Shown: in pieces, positions 27,002 through 36,609 of the stretch
Numbering within the stretch: the stretch's first letter is position 1
Layout: each line of letters begins with the position of its first letter
Assembly: GCA_047404135.1 (NCBI GenBank)
Contig: JBDOIT010000002.1
Span: forward strand, 294,320 to 358,319
DNA length: 64,000 bases
Source of the DNA: Rickettsiales bacterium
GTDB taxonomy: Bacteria; Pseudomonadota; Alphaproteobacteria; Rickettsiales; JABSSG01
Direction of reading: 5' to 3'
Made by a program: the position numbers and the translations under genes
The notes under the pieces: model-generated
The model's input: only the letters and a program-made list of their open reading frames with translations
The model's database searches: none
Told to the model about the DNA's origin: nothing

Positions 27002-28129
27002 CTAATTAAAATAACCCAACTCACTATAAGGCAAAGTCGCCTTGTCATTCATTGCCACATTTATCAGAAAACCAAATGACAGTAACATAGTCGCCATAGA
27101 AGTACCGCCATATGACATAAATGGCAACGGCAATCCTACCACAGGTAGTACACCAATTACCATACCTATATTTATAAATACATGGATAGAGAAGATTGAT
27201 AGCAAACCAAATGACAGTAACTTACCAAATTCACTCTTACAATTGATACCTATTCTAGCCCCTTTGAAAATCAACATACCAAAAAGTAGCAAAAGGATCA
27301 TGCATCCAAAAAATCCGAATTCTTCTGCAAATAAAGAAAACACAAAATCCGTTTGGTGCTCTGGTAAGAACTCTAGTTGAGCTTGGCTTCCACTTAAACG
27401 TCCCTTACCCCAAAATCCACCTGAACCTATAGCAATTTTAGATTGCATAATGTTATAACCCGCACCTAATTTATCTTTCTCAGGGTCTAAAAAGATTAGT
27501 ATACGTCTTTTCTGATAGTCGTGCAGATAGTGCCAGAGAATGGGCATTGATATAATACCCAAAATGGCCCCTATTCCAAAAAGATACAGTTTTACACCTG
27601 CTAGATATAATATAATCACAGCAACAGAGCATAATACTATAGCAGTTCCAAGGTCCGGTTGCCTCATAATAATCAGTAGCGGGATTGTTATCATAATAGC
27701 TGGAATCAATAGATATCTAATCTTTCCAATATCCCTATCCTGCATCGTGTGAAAGTATTTTGCTAAAGCAAAAACAAGGCCTACTTTCATTAATTCAGAA
27801 GGTTGCAATTTAAAAAAACCAAGGTTAATCCAACGAGTTGCTCCCATAGCGGTATGTCCAATCAATTCTACGGCTATTAGGAGTATCAATGATCCTGCAT
27901 ATATATAATAAGATGCGTGAAAAAATATCTTAATATTAGAGAAGCCAAGAAAGCACATGATAGGAAAAAACATTACAAAATATATTCCTTGCTTCATAGC
28001 ATACGGGCGGAGATTACCTCCTGTTGCATCATACAACATCAGCAATCCGACCGAAGAAAGCAAAATCACCAGAAGAATCAAGGTCTTGGGGAATAGAAAA
28101 ATTTTGTCTCTCACACCCTCCATATTCAT
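27002..28129 (-). CDS. rodA: peptidoglycan glycosyltransferase RodA (SEDS family)
   Basis: GSQAQLEFLPEHQTDFVFSLFAEEFGFFG closely parallels the E. coli RodA block SQLEFLPERHTDFIF. Ten TM segments; 375 aa. Confidence 0.9.
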   Translation of the reverse strand: MNMEGVRDKIFLFPKTLILLVILLSSVGLLMLYDATGGNLRPYAMKQGIYFVMFFPIMCFLGFSNIKIFFHASYYIYAGSLILLIAVELIGHTAMGATRWINLGFFKLQPSELMKVGLVFALAKYFHTMQDRDIGKIRYLLIPAIMITIPLLIIMRQPDLGTAIVLCSVAVIILYLAGVKLYLFGIGAILGIISMPILWHYLHDYQKRRILIFLDPEKDKLGAGYNIMQSKIAIGSGGFWGKGRLSGSQAQLEFLPEHQTDFVFSLFAEEFGFFGCMILLLLFGMLIFKGARIGINCKSEFGKLLSFGLLSIFSIHVFINIGMVIGVLPVVGLPLPFMSYGGTSMATMLLSFGFLINVAMNDKATLPYSELGYFN

Positions 28130-29847
28130 TTCTTACTTATCACCTTATGTTTAGGAAATATTACCATTATATCAGTCCCCTCTCCTAATTTGCTATCTAT
28201 TACAAACTTCAGCTCCATTAATTCTAGCAAACTTTTAATTAAGGGTAACCCAAGACCTACAGATTGAGCTTTTATTGCATCTTTATCATGGGCTATCTCA
28301 TATTCCTTCATTGACCGCTGCAAACCTTCCTCTGTCATCCCGTATCCTTTATCGTGAAAATATATAAACAATTCGCCCTTAAACATTTTTGCATCAACTA
28401 CTAAATTAGAGTCTTTCGGAGAATATTTAATCGCATTGCTGATAATATTGTTAAATATCTGCAATAGCCTCTTGGGATCAGAGTGCACAAAAGGCAAAGT
28501 CTTTGGAAAACTCGTCTCAATAGAAATTTTATCATTATAGTTTACGTTATTCACTTTCACTGAACGTAGAATCAAATTTTTCACATCTACTTTGCTCTCC
28601 TTTATCTCAAAATTACCTTTTTGTAATTTCATATTTTCTAATAAATCTTCTATGAACAGCAGAAGCTCTTTACTGCTACTGTTGATATTATTGATATAAT
28701 CTAAATATTTAGCGCTTATTGGCCCGAAAATTTTTTCCTTCATCATATCTGAGCTAGAAACGATAAAACTCAAAGGAGATCTCAATTCATGAGCTGTATA
28801 TGCTAGGAAATCATTTTTAGATTGCAGAGCTTTTATTGCAATTTTTTTTGATTCTTCTGCTTTATTACGCAATATCATTTCTCTGCGATATATCCATACA
28901 ATGATGATAAAAGACACAAGTGTGAATACAAATACTTCTAGCACCCTATACGCTATGTCTTTTCTAAAAGATTTCACAAAACTACTGCTGTCATACTGTA
29001 AATATATTACAAACGGGTAATTGGAGATTTTTCTCATATACACCGCGTCCCCGCTACTCATCAAATCAATTTTCGTCAAATGTTTCAAACTGTTATAGTC
29101 AATATTATTATCATGAATAATCTCATTGAGTTTCCTGAGATTCATTCCTTTTTTGGAATATTTCTCACGTGTCCCTAGATTAGTCAAAGCCTCAAAGTCT
29201 CTATTAAGAAGAGCAAAAGAGATATCTGGATCCTCTATTTTGTCTCCAATACCCGCACTCATACCATTCAAATCAAAGCCTACTGTCACAGCTCCTACAT
29301 ATTTACCCTGATTATCAGTAACACCCATCGCAGCAGGCAGAATATATCTCTGACTAGTAAACCCAAACCCATTCTCACCAAAATGGAGTTTTTGTGGTTC
29401 AGTATGCGCGTTCTTTATATACGGTCTATGGGAATGAGAAGTTTTCAGCGCTAAAGCACCGGATATAGAATCTACCCTTTTGTCATCTTTCTCGTCAAAC
29501 CAAGAAAAGGCTGTCCATGACAAAACGCTGTTTAGATGGGGATTGTTATAATATTTTCCTATAATGCTTTCTATATGATATATATCATCATGATGTGGTT
29601 TGATTTGCGCAGTAAGCATCTTCATTACAAATTCTGTATGCTGAATCGTATCTGAAATAGACCTCTCTATTCTTTCTCCTTCGATAGACAGCCTATCCTT
29701 AAGATGAGTATATTGGTTGTAATGTTCTTCTAGAACCAGATACATCAGCATCAATGCTGACGTGCAGATTAGAGCCACAAATGGAATAAAATATGGATGC
29801 GGTACCTTTATTTTTTTAAAAAAACTTCTATACCATTTCTCTCGCAT
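28126..29847 (-). CDS. sensor histidine kinase, PleC-like, with periplasmic sensor domain
   Basis: Two TM segments flank a sensor region of about 270 aa. HisKA box FLAYTAHELRSPLSFI followed by EKIFGPISAKYLDYINNINSSSKELLLFIEDLL, which resembles PleC/DivJ-type kinases. HATPase N/G boxes (NAIKYSP.., DKGYGM.., GLGLPL). The ATGA overlaps the rodA start. Confidence 0.85.
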   Translation of the reverse strand: MREKWYRSFFKKIKVPHPYFIPFVALICTSALMLMYLVLEEHYNQYTHLKDRLSIEGERIERSISDTIQHTEFVMKMLTAQIKPHHDDIYHIESIIGKYYNNPHLNSVLSWTAFSWFDEKDDKRVDSISGALALKTSHSHRPYIKNAHTEPQKLHFGENGFGFTSQRYILPAAMGVTDNQGKYVGAVTVGFDLNGMSAGIGDKIEDPDISFALLNRDFEALTNLGTREKYSKKGMNLRKLNEIIHDNNIDYNSLKHLTKIDLMSSGDAVYMRKISNYPFVIYLQYDSSSFVKSFRKDIAYRVLEVFVFTLVSFIIIVWIYRREMILRNKAEESKKIAIKALQSKNDFLAYTAHELRSPLSFIVSSSDMMKEKIFGPISAKYLDYINNINSSSKELLLFIEDLLENMKLQKGNFEIKESKVDVKNLILRSVKVNNVNYNDKISIETSFPKTLPFVHSDPKRLLQIFNNIISNAIKYSPKDSNLVVDAKMFKGELFIYFHDKGYGMTEEGLQRSMKEYEIAHDKDAIKAQSVGLGLPLIKSLLELMELKFVIDSKLGEGTDIMVIFPKHKVISKK

Positions 29848-29954
29848 ATCTTGTTTAATTTCCCTTAAACTAATTGACTTGAGGTCACATTGTAACTAGT
29901 TTCATAGTAATTTGAATATATAAATTCCGTACCAACCTGTCCAGCATACCAAGT

Positions 29955-31322
29955 ATGGCTATAAAACTTTTTAACAGCATATCGAAGACTATAGAAATTT
30001 TTGAGCCACTACACAAGGACTCTATAAAAATGTATGTCTGTGGACCAACTGTCTATGAAAGACCCCATATCGGAAACGCAAGATCCATGGTAGTTTACGA
30101 TGTTCTATACCGACTTTTAGTAAAAAATTTTGGAGCAAACAAGGTGACCTACGTCAGAAATATTACAGATGTAGATGACAAAATCAACAAAGCTGCAAAA
30201 GAACAAAATATCCCCATACAAAAGCTGACATCTAATGTAATAGATGATTTTAATAAAGATGTACACTCTCTAAACTGTTTAAAACCAACAATAGAGCCAA
30301 AGGCAACAGAGCATATACCAGAGATTGTCTCTATGGTAAAAACACTCATAGAGAATGGAAGCGCCTACATCTCAGATCACCATGTGTATTTTAGAGTAAA
30401 ATCCTTCGCCGAATATGGAAATTTAGCGAGAAAGGACTTAGAAGAGCTCGAATCCGGAAATAGAGTTGCTGTTAGTGGCAGCAAAGAAGGCACTTCTGAC
30501 TTTGTTTTATGGAAACCAGCTCATGATTCTGATGACTCTTCGTCTGTTTTTGATAGCCCGTGGGGAAAAGGGAGACCTGGATGGCATATAGAATGCTCTG
30601 CTATGAGCACAAAATATCTTGGGCATGATTTCGATATTCATGGTGGTGGTGTAGATCTAATATTCCCCCACCATACAAATGAGATAGCTCAATCTTGCGC
30701 TTGCTTCAAAGGAAGCAAATATGCAAAATACTGGGTACATAATGGGTTCCTGACAGTCGATGGAGAAAAAATGAGTAAGTCTTTAGGGAATTTCTTCACA
30801 ATTAATGATTTAAGAGCAAGAGGAATAGCGGTAGAAGCAATACGTTATGTTTATTTATCTACGCATTATAGAAAACCCCTGAACTGGTCAGAGAAAGTAC
30901 TATCTGATGCTAAGAAAAGCCTAGATAGCTTTTACAGAATATTGCAAAATGATAAAAATGCATCTTCTGTTGCAGATAACGAATCTATCCAAGCTGTGGA
31001 AGATGACCTCAATACACCTATTGTTCTCAGTAGAATGCATGCTTTAGCAAAAAACTATAACAAGGTGACAAACGAAGAAACAAAAAAAAATATAGCTGGA
31101 GCTTTACTGCAAACAGGTAGATTGCTAGGTCTATTTTATAGCTCCCCAGATAGTTGGTTCCACTCCAAATATGATTCAGAAATTGAAGAATTAATTCAGA
31201 AAAGAACAGAAGCAAAAAAGAATAAAGACTGGGGGGAGGCTGATAGAATACGAGGCTTACTGCTAGATCGAAACATAACCTTAGAAGACAGTCCTCAAGG
31301 TACAACTTGGAGAAAAAAATAA
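29955..31322 (+). CDS. cysS: cysteinyl-tRNA synthetase
   Basis: CGPTVYERPHIGNARS (HIGH), KMSKSLGN (KMSKS), and Zn ligands (CGPT.., HIECS); 455 aa. Confidence 0.97.
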   Translation: MAIKLFNSISKTIEIFEPLHKDSIKMYVCGPTVYERPHIGNARSMVVYDVLYRLLVKNFGANKVTYVRNITDVDDKINKAAKEQNIPIQKLTSNVIDDFNKDVHSLNCLKPTIEPKATEHIPEIVSMVKTLIENGSAYISDHHVYFRVKSFAEYGNLARKDLEELESGNRVAVSGSKEGTSDFVLWKPAHDSDDSSSVFDSPWGKGRPGWHIECSAMSTKYLGHDFDIHGGGVDLIFPHHTNEIAQSCACFKGSKYAKYWVHNGFLTVDGEKMSKSLGNFFTINDLRARGIAVEAIRYVYLSTHYRKPLNWSEKVLSDAKKSLDSFYRILQNDKNASSVADNESIQAVEDDLNTPIVLSRMHALAKNYNKVTNEETKKNIAGALLQTGRLLGLFYSSPDSWFHSKYDSEIEELIQKRTEAKKNKDWGEADRIRGLLLDRNITLEDSPQGTTWRKK

Positions 31323-31323
31323 A

Positions 31324-32037
31324 GTGTCTTATAAACCGATCATCCTTCTTGTAGAACCGCAACTAGGTAAAAACATTGGATTCATCGCTAGAATCATGGG
31401 AAATTTTGGATTTAGTGAACTCAGGATAGTAAACCCACGAGACGGGTGGCCAAATAAATCGGCAAAATCTACATCCACTAAAGCTTCATATATTATAGAT
31501 AGTGCAAAAATATTCGACTCCTTTGATAAAGCAGTGTCTGACCTACGGTTCCTATATGCATCCACCGCAAGACCCAGAGACTGCAACAAAGATTGCATAG
31601 AGCCAAATATATTGAGACAAGATATCAATAATATAGAAGTGCAAGCCTCAGAAATAGGAATAGTATTCGGGCCAGAAAGATCTGGACTAGATAATAAAAT
31701 AGTTACAAAATGTAATAAGATCATTCAAATCCCCACAACATCAAAGGTGCCTTCTCTGAATATAGCCATAGCCGCAAGCATAGTTTGCTATGAATTATCT
31801 TATCTGAGATTAGAAAAAAAGCCTGCAGAAGATATCTCCACACAAGGTCAAAAACAGTTTTTCATAGATTTATTAGAAGACAATTTAGAGAAATCTAATT
31901 TTTTTAAAACAGAGGAAAAGCGCCAAAAAACGTTGCAAAACATATCAAATATATTCAATAGAGTCCCAAATTTGACCTCAAATGAGGTTAATACTTTACT
32001 GGGCATAGTAAAATCATTAGGAGAATACAGCAAATAG
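31324..32037 (+). CDS. SpoU/TrmH-family RNA 2'-O-methyltransferase (TrmJ-like)
   Basis: LLVEPQLGKNIGFIARIMGNFGFSELRIVNP and IVFGPERSGL...SLNIAIAASIVCYEL are the SPOUT class motifs. GTG start 1 nt after the cysS stop. Confidence 0.8.
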   Translation: MSYKPIILLVEPQLGKNIGFIARIMGNFGFSELRIVNPRDGWPNKSAKSTSTKASYIIDSAKIFDSFDKAVSDLRFLYASTARPRDCNKDCIEPNILRQDINNIEVQASEIGIVFGPERSGLDNKIVTKCNKIIQIPTTSKVPSLNIAIAASIVCYELSYLRLEKKPAEDISTQGQKQFFIDLLEDNLEKSNFFKTEEKRQKTLQNISNIFNRVPNLTSNEVNTLLGIVKSLGEYSK

Positions 32038-32039
32038 TG

Positions 32040-32067
32040 TTGACAACTATGTATTTAGTGTTATATT
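32040..32067 (+). promoter_or_regulatory. candidate sigma70-type promoter of rpsD
   Basis: TTGACA (32040-32045), a 16-nt spacer, then TATATT (32062-32067), about 40 nt upstream of the rpsD GTG start. Confidence 0.35.
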
Positions 32068-32105
32068 TCCTAGCTCAATACTACTGAAAAATATAGAGAT
32101 AAACT

Positions 32106-32720
32106 GTGACAAAAATAGTAAAGTCAAAATTTAAGATCTGCAGAAGATTAGGAACCAGTCTATGGGGAGACGCTAAGGACCCTGTGCATAAAAGAAATTA
32201 CCCCCCTGGTCAACATGGTCAGCAAGGTCAAAAAAGAAAGACTGTGCACGGAATTCAGCTGCAAGCTAAACAGAAGCTTAAAGGTTATTACAACATAACT
32301 GAGAAACAATTTAAGAATCTTTACTTAAAGGCAAGGCAACAAAAAGGGAACGTCACTGAGAACTTTGTTGGTTTACTTGAAAGAAGATTAGATGCTGTAG
32401 TTTACAGGCTGAACTTAGCGCCTTCTATTTTTGCTGCAAGACAGCTGATTTCACATAAACATCTCTTGGTTAACGGTAAAATGTTAAACATTCCAAGTTA
32501 CCTTGTGAATATTAATGATATAGTCGAGTTAAAGAAATCGTCTCAAGAGATCCCTATTTGCATGGAATCAGTTCAAAAACTAGAAAGACCTGTTCCGTCT
32601 TACTTAAGCTTCGACCAGAAGAAGATGCAAGGTTCTTTTGTTAATGTTCCTGAATTAGCTGACATTCCTTATGCTACTATAATGGAACCTCACTTTGTGG
32701 TAGAGTTTTACTCCAAATAG
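32106..32720 (+). CDS. rpsD: 30S ribosomal protein S4
   Basis: KFKICRRLGTSLWG.., YGIQLQAKQKLKGYY-like block, and S4 RNA-binding domain LERRLDAVVYRLNLAPSIFAARQLISHKHLLVNG; 204 aa. Confidence 0.97.
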   Translation: MTKIVKSKFKICRRLGTSLWGDAKDPVHKRNYPPGQHGQQGQKRKTVHGIQLQAKQKLKGYYNITEKQFKNLYLKARQQKGNVTENFVGLLERRLDAVVYRLNLAPSIFAARQLISHKHLLVNGKMLNIPSYLVNINDIVELKKSSQEIPICMESVQKLERPVPSYLSFDQKKMQGSFVNVPELADIPYATIMEPHFVVEFYSK

Positions 32721-32758
32721 TTACATAATATTCACCATAATCATTTCTTGGGGGCACT

Positions 32759-33325
32759 ATGCCTGAAGAAACTATATTAGAACAAAAGAAATCTATTAGA
32801 GAAGAGTATAGAAAGTTGCGCGCTGCACTTGATGACTCCTACAGACGTGCTGCCGCAAAAAATATATTAGAAAATTTTGACAAATTAGTCATGTCTAAAG
32901 ATAATATTGACACCATTGGGTTATATTGGCCTGTTGATTTCGAAATAGACCTAATGCCATTAGTAAAAAAATTCAACCTCCATGGATTAAAATGCGCTCT
33001 CCCTCGCATTTCTGGAGATAACATGGATTTTATCTTATATACTGAAAATTCTACGATGCAAAAATCTCAACAACTCTCCTTCTATGAGCCTACCGGGTCA
33101 GAAATAGCACTGCCTGACATCCTAGCAGTCCCGTTGCTTGCATGTGACACCCAAAGGAACCGAATTGGGTATGGGAAGGGATTTTACGATAGATATCTAA
33201 GGCAACATAAATCGTTTTCTGTAGGCGTTGCCTATGATACGCTTCTTCGCCGCAATACATTACCCCAAGAAGATCATGATGCCCAACTTGATGCCATATT
33301 AACGGAATCACGTTTTCTAATATAA
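32759..33325 (+). CDS. 5-formyltetrahydrofolate cyclo-ligase
   Basis: KKSIREEYRKLR.. N-terminus and VPLLACDTQRNRIGYGKGFYDRYL (the family's G-x-G-x-G-x-YD motif); 188 aa. Confidence 0.85.
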   Translation: MPEETILEQKKSIREEYRKLRAALDDSYRRAAAKNILENFDKLVMSKDNIDTIGLYWPVDFEIDLMPLVKKFNLHGLKCALPRISGDNMDFILYTENSTMQKSQQLSFYEPTGSEIALPDILAVPLLACDTQRNRIGYGKGFYDRYLRQHKSFSVGVAYDTLLRRNTLPQEDHDAQLDAILTESRFLI

Positions 33326-33397
33326 AACAGTAAAAATTCTTGCATCCACTGCAATCTATAGTAGATTCATTGCTACGCATTTGAATTGGGTTTAAAA

Positions 33398-34411
33398 ATG
33401 GCAACTACCGCTCTTATAACGGGCATCACAGGAATGGTTGGTTCGCATCTTGTGGACTATCTAATAGAGAATACTGATTGGGATATACACGGATTATGCA
33501 GGTGGAGAAGCCCACTAGCTAATATAAGCCAACACCTGGACAAAATTAATAAGAAACAAAGATTAAATCTTATTTACGGAGACCTAAGGGACGATCTTTC
33601 CATGCGTAATGCCGTCAAGCAGACTATGCCTGATTATGTGTTCCATCTAGCAGCGCAAAGCTACCCTCAAACAAGCTTTACGGCTCCTTTAGATACTTAC
33701 AATACTAATATTCAAGGAACATGTTCATTGCTAGAAGCATTGAAAGATTTTAGACAAGATGCAGTAATACATGTATGCGCTTCATCGGAAATATTTGGTA
33801 GAGTTCCAAAGGAATTCCTACCTATTGATGAAGAATGCAGACCTCACCCAGCTTCACCTTATGCTATTTCAAAAGTTGGAACTGACCTTATTGGAAGATT
33901 TTATGCTGAAGCGTATAATATGAAAATTATGACTACCAGAATGTTCACGCATACTGGCCCAAGAAGAGGTGATGTTTTTGCAGAATCCAGTTTTGCAAAG
34001 CAAATTGCTATGATTGAAAATGGATTAATTGAGCCAGTTATTAAGGTAGGGAATTTAGATTCTCTAAGAACTTTTGCAGATGTTAGAGATGCCGTGCGTG
34101 CATATTATATGCTTGTAACGATGGACCCAAAAGCTGGAGAATATTATAATATTGGTGGTGATTATACTTGTTCTGTAAAGGAGATGTTGCATCATCTTAT
34201 ATCTTTATCAACTAAAAAAGATCAAATAAAAGTTAAGACAGACCCGGATAGGCTAAGACCCATAGATGCAGATCTTCAGGTGCCTAATACCACTAAATTT
34301 AGAGAGCATACAGGATGGACAACTGAAATTACTTTTGAACAAACAATGCAGGACTTACTCAGTTACTGGCGTAAAAAAATTAAAAATGGAGAAAAGGTTT
34401 TGCAAAGATAA
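33398..34411 (+). CDS. gmd: GDP-mannose 4,6-dehydratase family SDR (Gmd/Rmd-like)
   Basis: ALITGITGMVGSHL (Rossmann), SPYAISK (YxxxK), FTHTGPRRGDVFAESSFAKQIAMIENG and VGNLDSLRTFADVRDAVRAY resemble Gmd/Rmd-type GDP-sugar dehydratase/reductases. The ATG at 33398 is preferred to the TTG at 33386. Confidence 0.7.
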   Translation: MATTALITGITGMVGSHLVDYLIENTDWDIHGLCRWRSPLANISQHLDKINKKQRLNLIYGDLRDDLSMRNAVKQTMPDYVFHLAAQSYPQTSFTAPLDTYNTNIQGTCSLLEALKDFRQDAVIHVCASSEIFGRVPKEFLPIDEECRPHPASPYAISKVGTDLIGRFYAEAYNMKIMTTRMFTHTGPRRGDVFAESSFAKQIAMIENGLIEPVIKVGNLDSLRTFADVRDAVRAYYMLVTMDPKAGEYYNIGGDYTCSVKEMLHHLISLSTKKDQIKVKTDPDRLRPIDADLQVPNTTKFREHTGWTTEITFEQTMQDLLSYWRKKIKNGEKVLQR

Positions 34412-34412
34412 T

Positions 34413-35339
34413 ATGGATAAAAACTCAAAAATACTTATAACAGGAGGCACTGGATTAGTAGGTAAAAATTTGTATCAACACCTCAAAGCCTCTGGATACA
34501 AGGATGTAACTGCTATTGGAAGCTCAGAATGTGACCTAACTAATACTTCGCAAACTAACTCCTTTTTTTCTACACTAAAACCAGAATACGTTTTCCACCT
34601 TGCAGGTTATGTGCACGGTATTATGGGCAATATGTTAAATAAGGGAAAAGCATTCTATGTAAACTCTTTAATCAACCTAAATGTTATAGAAGCATGTAGA
34701 GTGAATAATGTTAAGAAGATTACTGCTATGGGCACAGGAGCAGTATACCCAGTAAGCACAGGTATTCTGAGCGAAGATGATCTGTGGAATGGCCCACCAC
34801 ACAGTAGTGAGAACGCATACGCGCATGCAAAAAGAGCAATGCTTGCTCATTTACAAGCATATAAAGAAAGTTATGACCTTAATTATGCATTCGTAATTAG
34901 TGCAAATTTATATGGACCACATGATAACTTCGATACAGAGCATGGACATGTGATCCCGTCGTTAATAAAAAAATTTCACACCGCCCATATAAATAAAGAA
35001 CCTTTCGTTGAAGCGTGGGGCAATGGCACCGCAGAAAGAGATTTTATGCACGCTAAAGACTTCACAATAGCATTAGAGAAGATCATGCTGAGTGGTCATG
35101 GACCTATCAACATGGCTAGTGGATTTGTCAACTCTATAATGGACGTAACACAGATACTACAAAACCTCACAGGCCTAGAAGTCAGATGGGATAAAACAAA
35201 ACCCAATGGCCAAGCAAGAAGGTGCTATAACCTACAGAAAGTTGGGAACTTAGGTTACAAATCTATCTGTACTTTAGAAGAAGGTCTTGCTTCAACATAT
35301 CGATGGTTCTCTAAAAACTTTATAGACTCAAGAGTGTAG
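34413..35339 (+). CDS. fcl: GDP-L-fucose synthase (GDP-4-keto-6-deoxymannose 3,5-epimerase/4-reductase)
   Basis: ILITGGTGLVG, YAHAKRA (YxxxK), NLYGPHDNF..HVIPSLIKKFHTA and LEEGLASTYRWF closely parallel E. coli Fcl (NLYGPHDNF..HVIPALLRRFHEA, LEAGLASTYQWF). The ATG at 34413 lies 1 nt after the gmd stop. The ORF-track start at 34266 is an overlap artefact. Confidence 0.85.
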   Translation: MDKNSKILITGGTGLVGKNLYQHLKASGYKDVTAIGSSECDLTNTSQTNSFFSTLKPEYVFHLAGYVHGIMGNMLNKGKAFYVNSLINLNVIEACRVNNVKKITAMGTGAVYPVSTGILSEDDLWNGPPHSSENAYAHAKRAMLAHLQAYKESYDLNYAFVISANLYGPHDNFDTEHGHVIPSLIKKFHTAHINKEPFVEAWGNGTAERDFMHAKDFTIALEKIMLSGHGPINMASGFVNSIMDVTQILQNLTGLEVRWDKTKPNGQARRCYNLQKVGNLGYKSICTLEEGLASTYRWFSKNFIDSRV

Positions 35340-35340
35340 G

Positions 35341-36609
35341 ATGACAAAAAGAAAAGAAAAAGTAGCAATAGTAAGTAGTTATAGCGAATTATGCGGAAAT
35401 GCATCATACGCAAATGCTCTACTAAAGGGCTTTAGAGATAAGTTCGAAACAGTAGACGTTATAGATGTCAATTCAAGTCTTCTTAACCAAAAGAATAGAG
35501 CCGCTTATAAACAAACGATCGCCTCGGAAGTAGACAAGATTTGCCATCAAGTCTCTTTATATGATTTTGTAAACATACAACTTGAGATCGGCCTTTATGG
35601 GCCAACTCACACTATCGCAAAAAAAGTTATTACAAAAATACTCAATTCATGTAGAGGAAATATTCTCGTTACAATGCATCACATTCCTGATTTTGAAGGC
35701 AAGAGGCTCTTAAAGTGCCTGTATGAAGGCGCCCTCAAGGAATCCTTGAAAGGTTATGTGAGAAATAAGATCCTTCTCTTTTTTTACCGTGACATATTAA
35801 ACATACTCAAAAAAAAGAATGCAGAAGTAATAGTCCATACTAATGTTGCGCAAAGAATTGTGCAACACGTATTTAATTATGAAAAAGTGTCGGTATTCCC
35901 TATAACTTTTTTAAACAAAAAAGAGAGAGCATATCATAGAGACAATAAAAGCATCATAAGACAGAATTTTCTGAAGAAGAAGAAACTTAACCCTCGAAAG
36001 AAATATATCGGCACTTTTGGCTTCCTAACCTCAAATAAAGGACAGCATTTGCTTATAAAAAGCCTCGAACTACTGCCAAAAAATTACGTGTTACTGGTGT
36101 TTGGAGGACAGCACCCATCAACGATTGTTAAGTTCCTGCCTCAGGTTAAAGAAGAAATCAAACGCAGTGGCAAGGCTGTTACACAACACAATAACTCGAC
36201 GTACATCAGTGAAGTGATTAACCTGGCATCAAAAAAGGGGGTAGATCAAAGAATCAAATTCTATGGCGCAGTAGATTCCCACAGTGAGTTAGTGGAGTGC
36301 ATTTCTGGGGTAGACTATGTTGCAACTCCTTACTACGAAACTGGACAGAATGGCTCCGGTATAGTCTCCTTAGCATTAGAAACTTCAAGCAAACTCATAA
36401 CATCAAGCGCAATCATGTTTGCAGAACTTGAAAAGCTCTACGGTACTTGTTTTGCTAAAACTACCATAGGTAATTATGTGGAAATTGCGCACAAATTGGA
36501 AGGTAATTGCTTTCCTAGTGGCTGGGAAAAAACTTTATATCAAAGCCTGAAGAGTTACAATATAGAGAATAATATAGATCTCCATGCTAGACTTTTTGAT
36601 AATGTTTAG
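35341..36609 (+). CDS. glycosyltransferase, GT-B fold (GT4-like), acceptor unknown
   Basis: VAIVSSYSELCGNASYANAL resembles the N-terminal I-x-S-x-Y-P-x-x-CGIA motif of a GT4 subgroup. The C-terminal half (GTFGFLTSNKGQHLLIKSL..LLVFGG.., ..PYYETGQNGSGIVSLALE) looks like a nucleotide-sugar binding Rossmann domain with the E-x7-E-like region. The ATG lies 1 nt after the fcl stop. Confidence 0.55.
   Translation: MTKRKEKVAIVSSYSELCGNASYANALLKGFRDKFETVDVIDVNSSLLNQKNRAAYKQTIASEVDKICHQVSLYDFVNIQLEIGLYGPTHTIAKKVITKILNSCRGNILVTMHHIPDFEGKRLLKCLYEGALKESLKGYVRNKILLFFYRDILNILKKKNAEVIVHTNVAQRIVQHVFNYEKVSVFPITFLNKKERAYHRDNKSIIRQNFLKKKKLNPRKKYIGTFGFLTSNKGQHLLIKSLELLPKNYVLLVFGGQHPSTIVKFLPQVKEEIKRSGKAVTQHNNSTYISEVINLASKKGVDQRIKFYGAVDSHSELVECISGVDYVATPYYETGQNGSGIVSLALETSSKLITSSAIMFAELEKLYGTCFAKTTIGNYVEIAHKLEGNCFPSGWEKTLYQSLKSYNIENNIDLHARLFDNV

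Noticed and set aside
34266-34412. The ORF track starts the fcl ORF at 34266, giving a 49-aa N-terminal extension that overlaps the gmd-like gene.
   Set aside because: The extension (MQIFRCLIPLNLESIQ...) has no similarity to Fcl. The Rossmann motif ILITGGTGLVG follows directly after the Met at 34413, which sits 1 nt after the gmd stop, so I used 34413.
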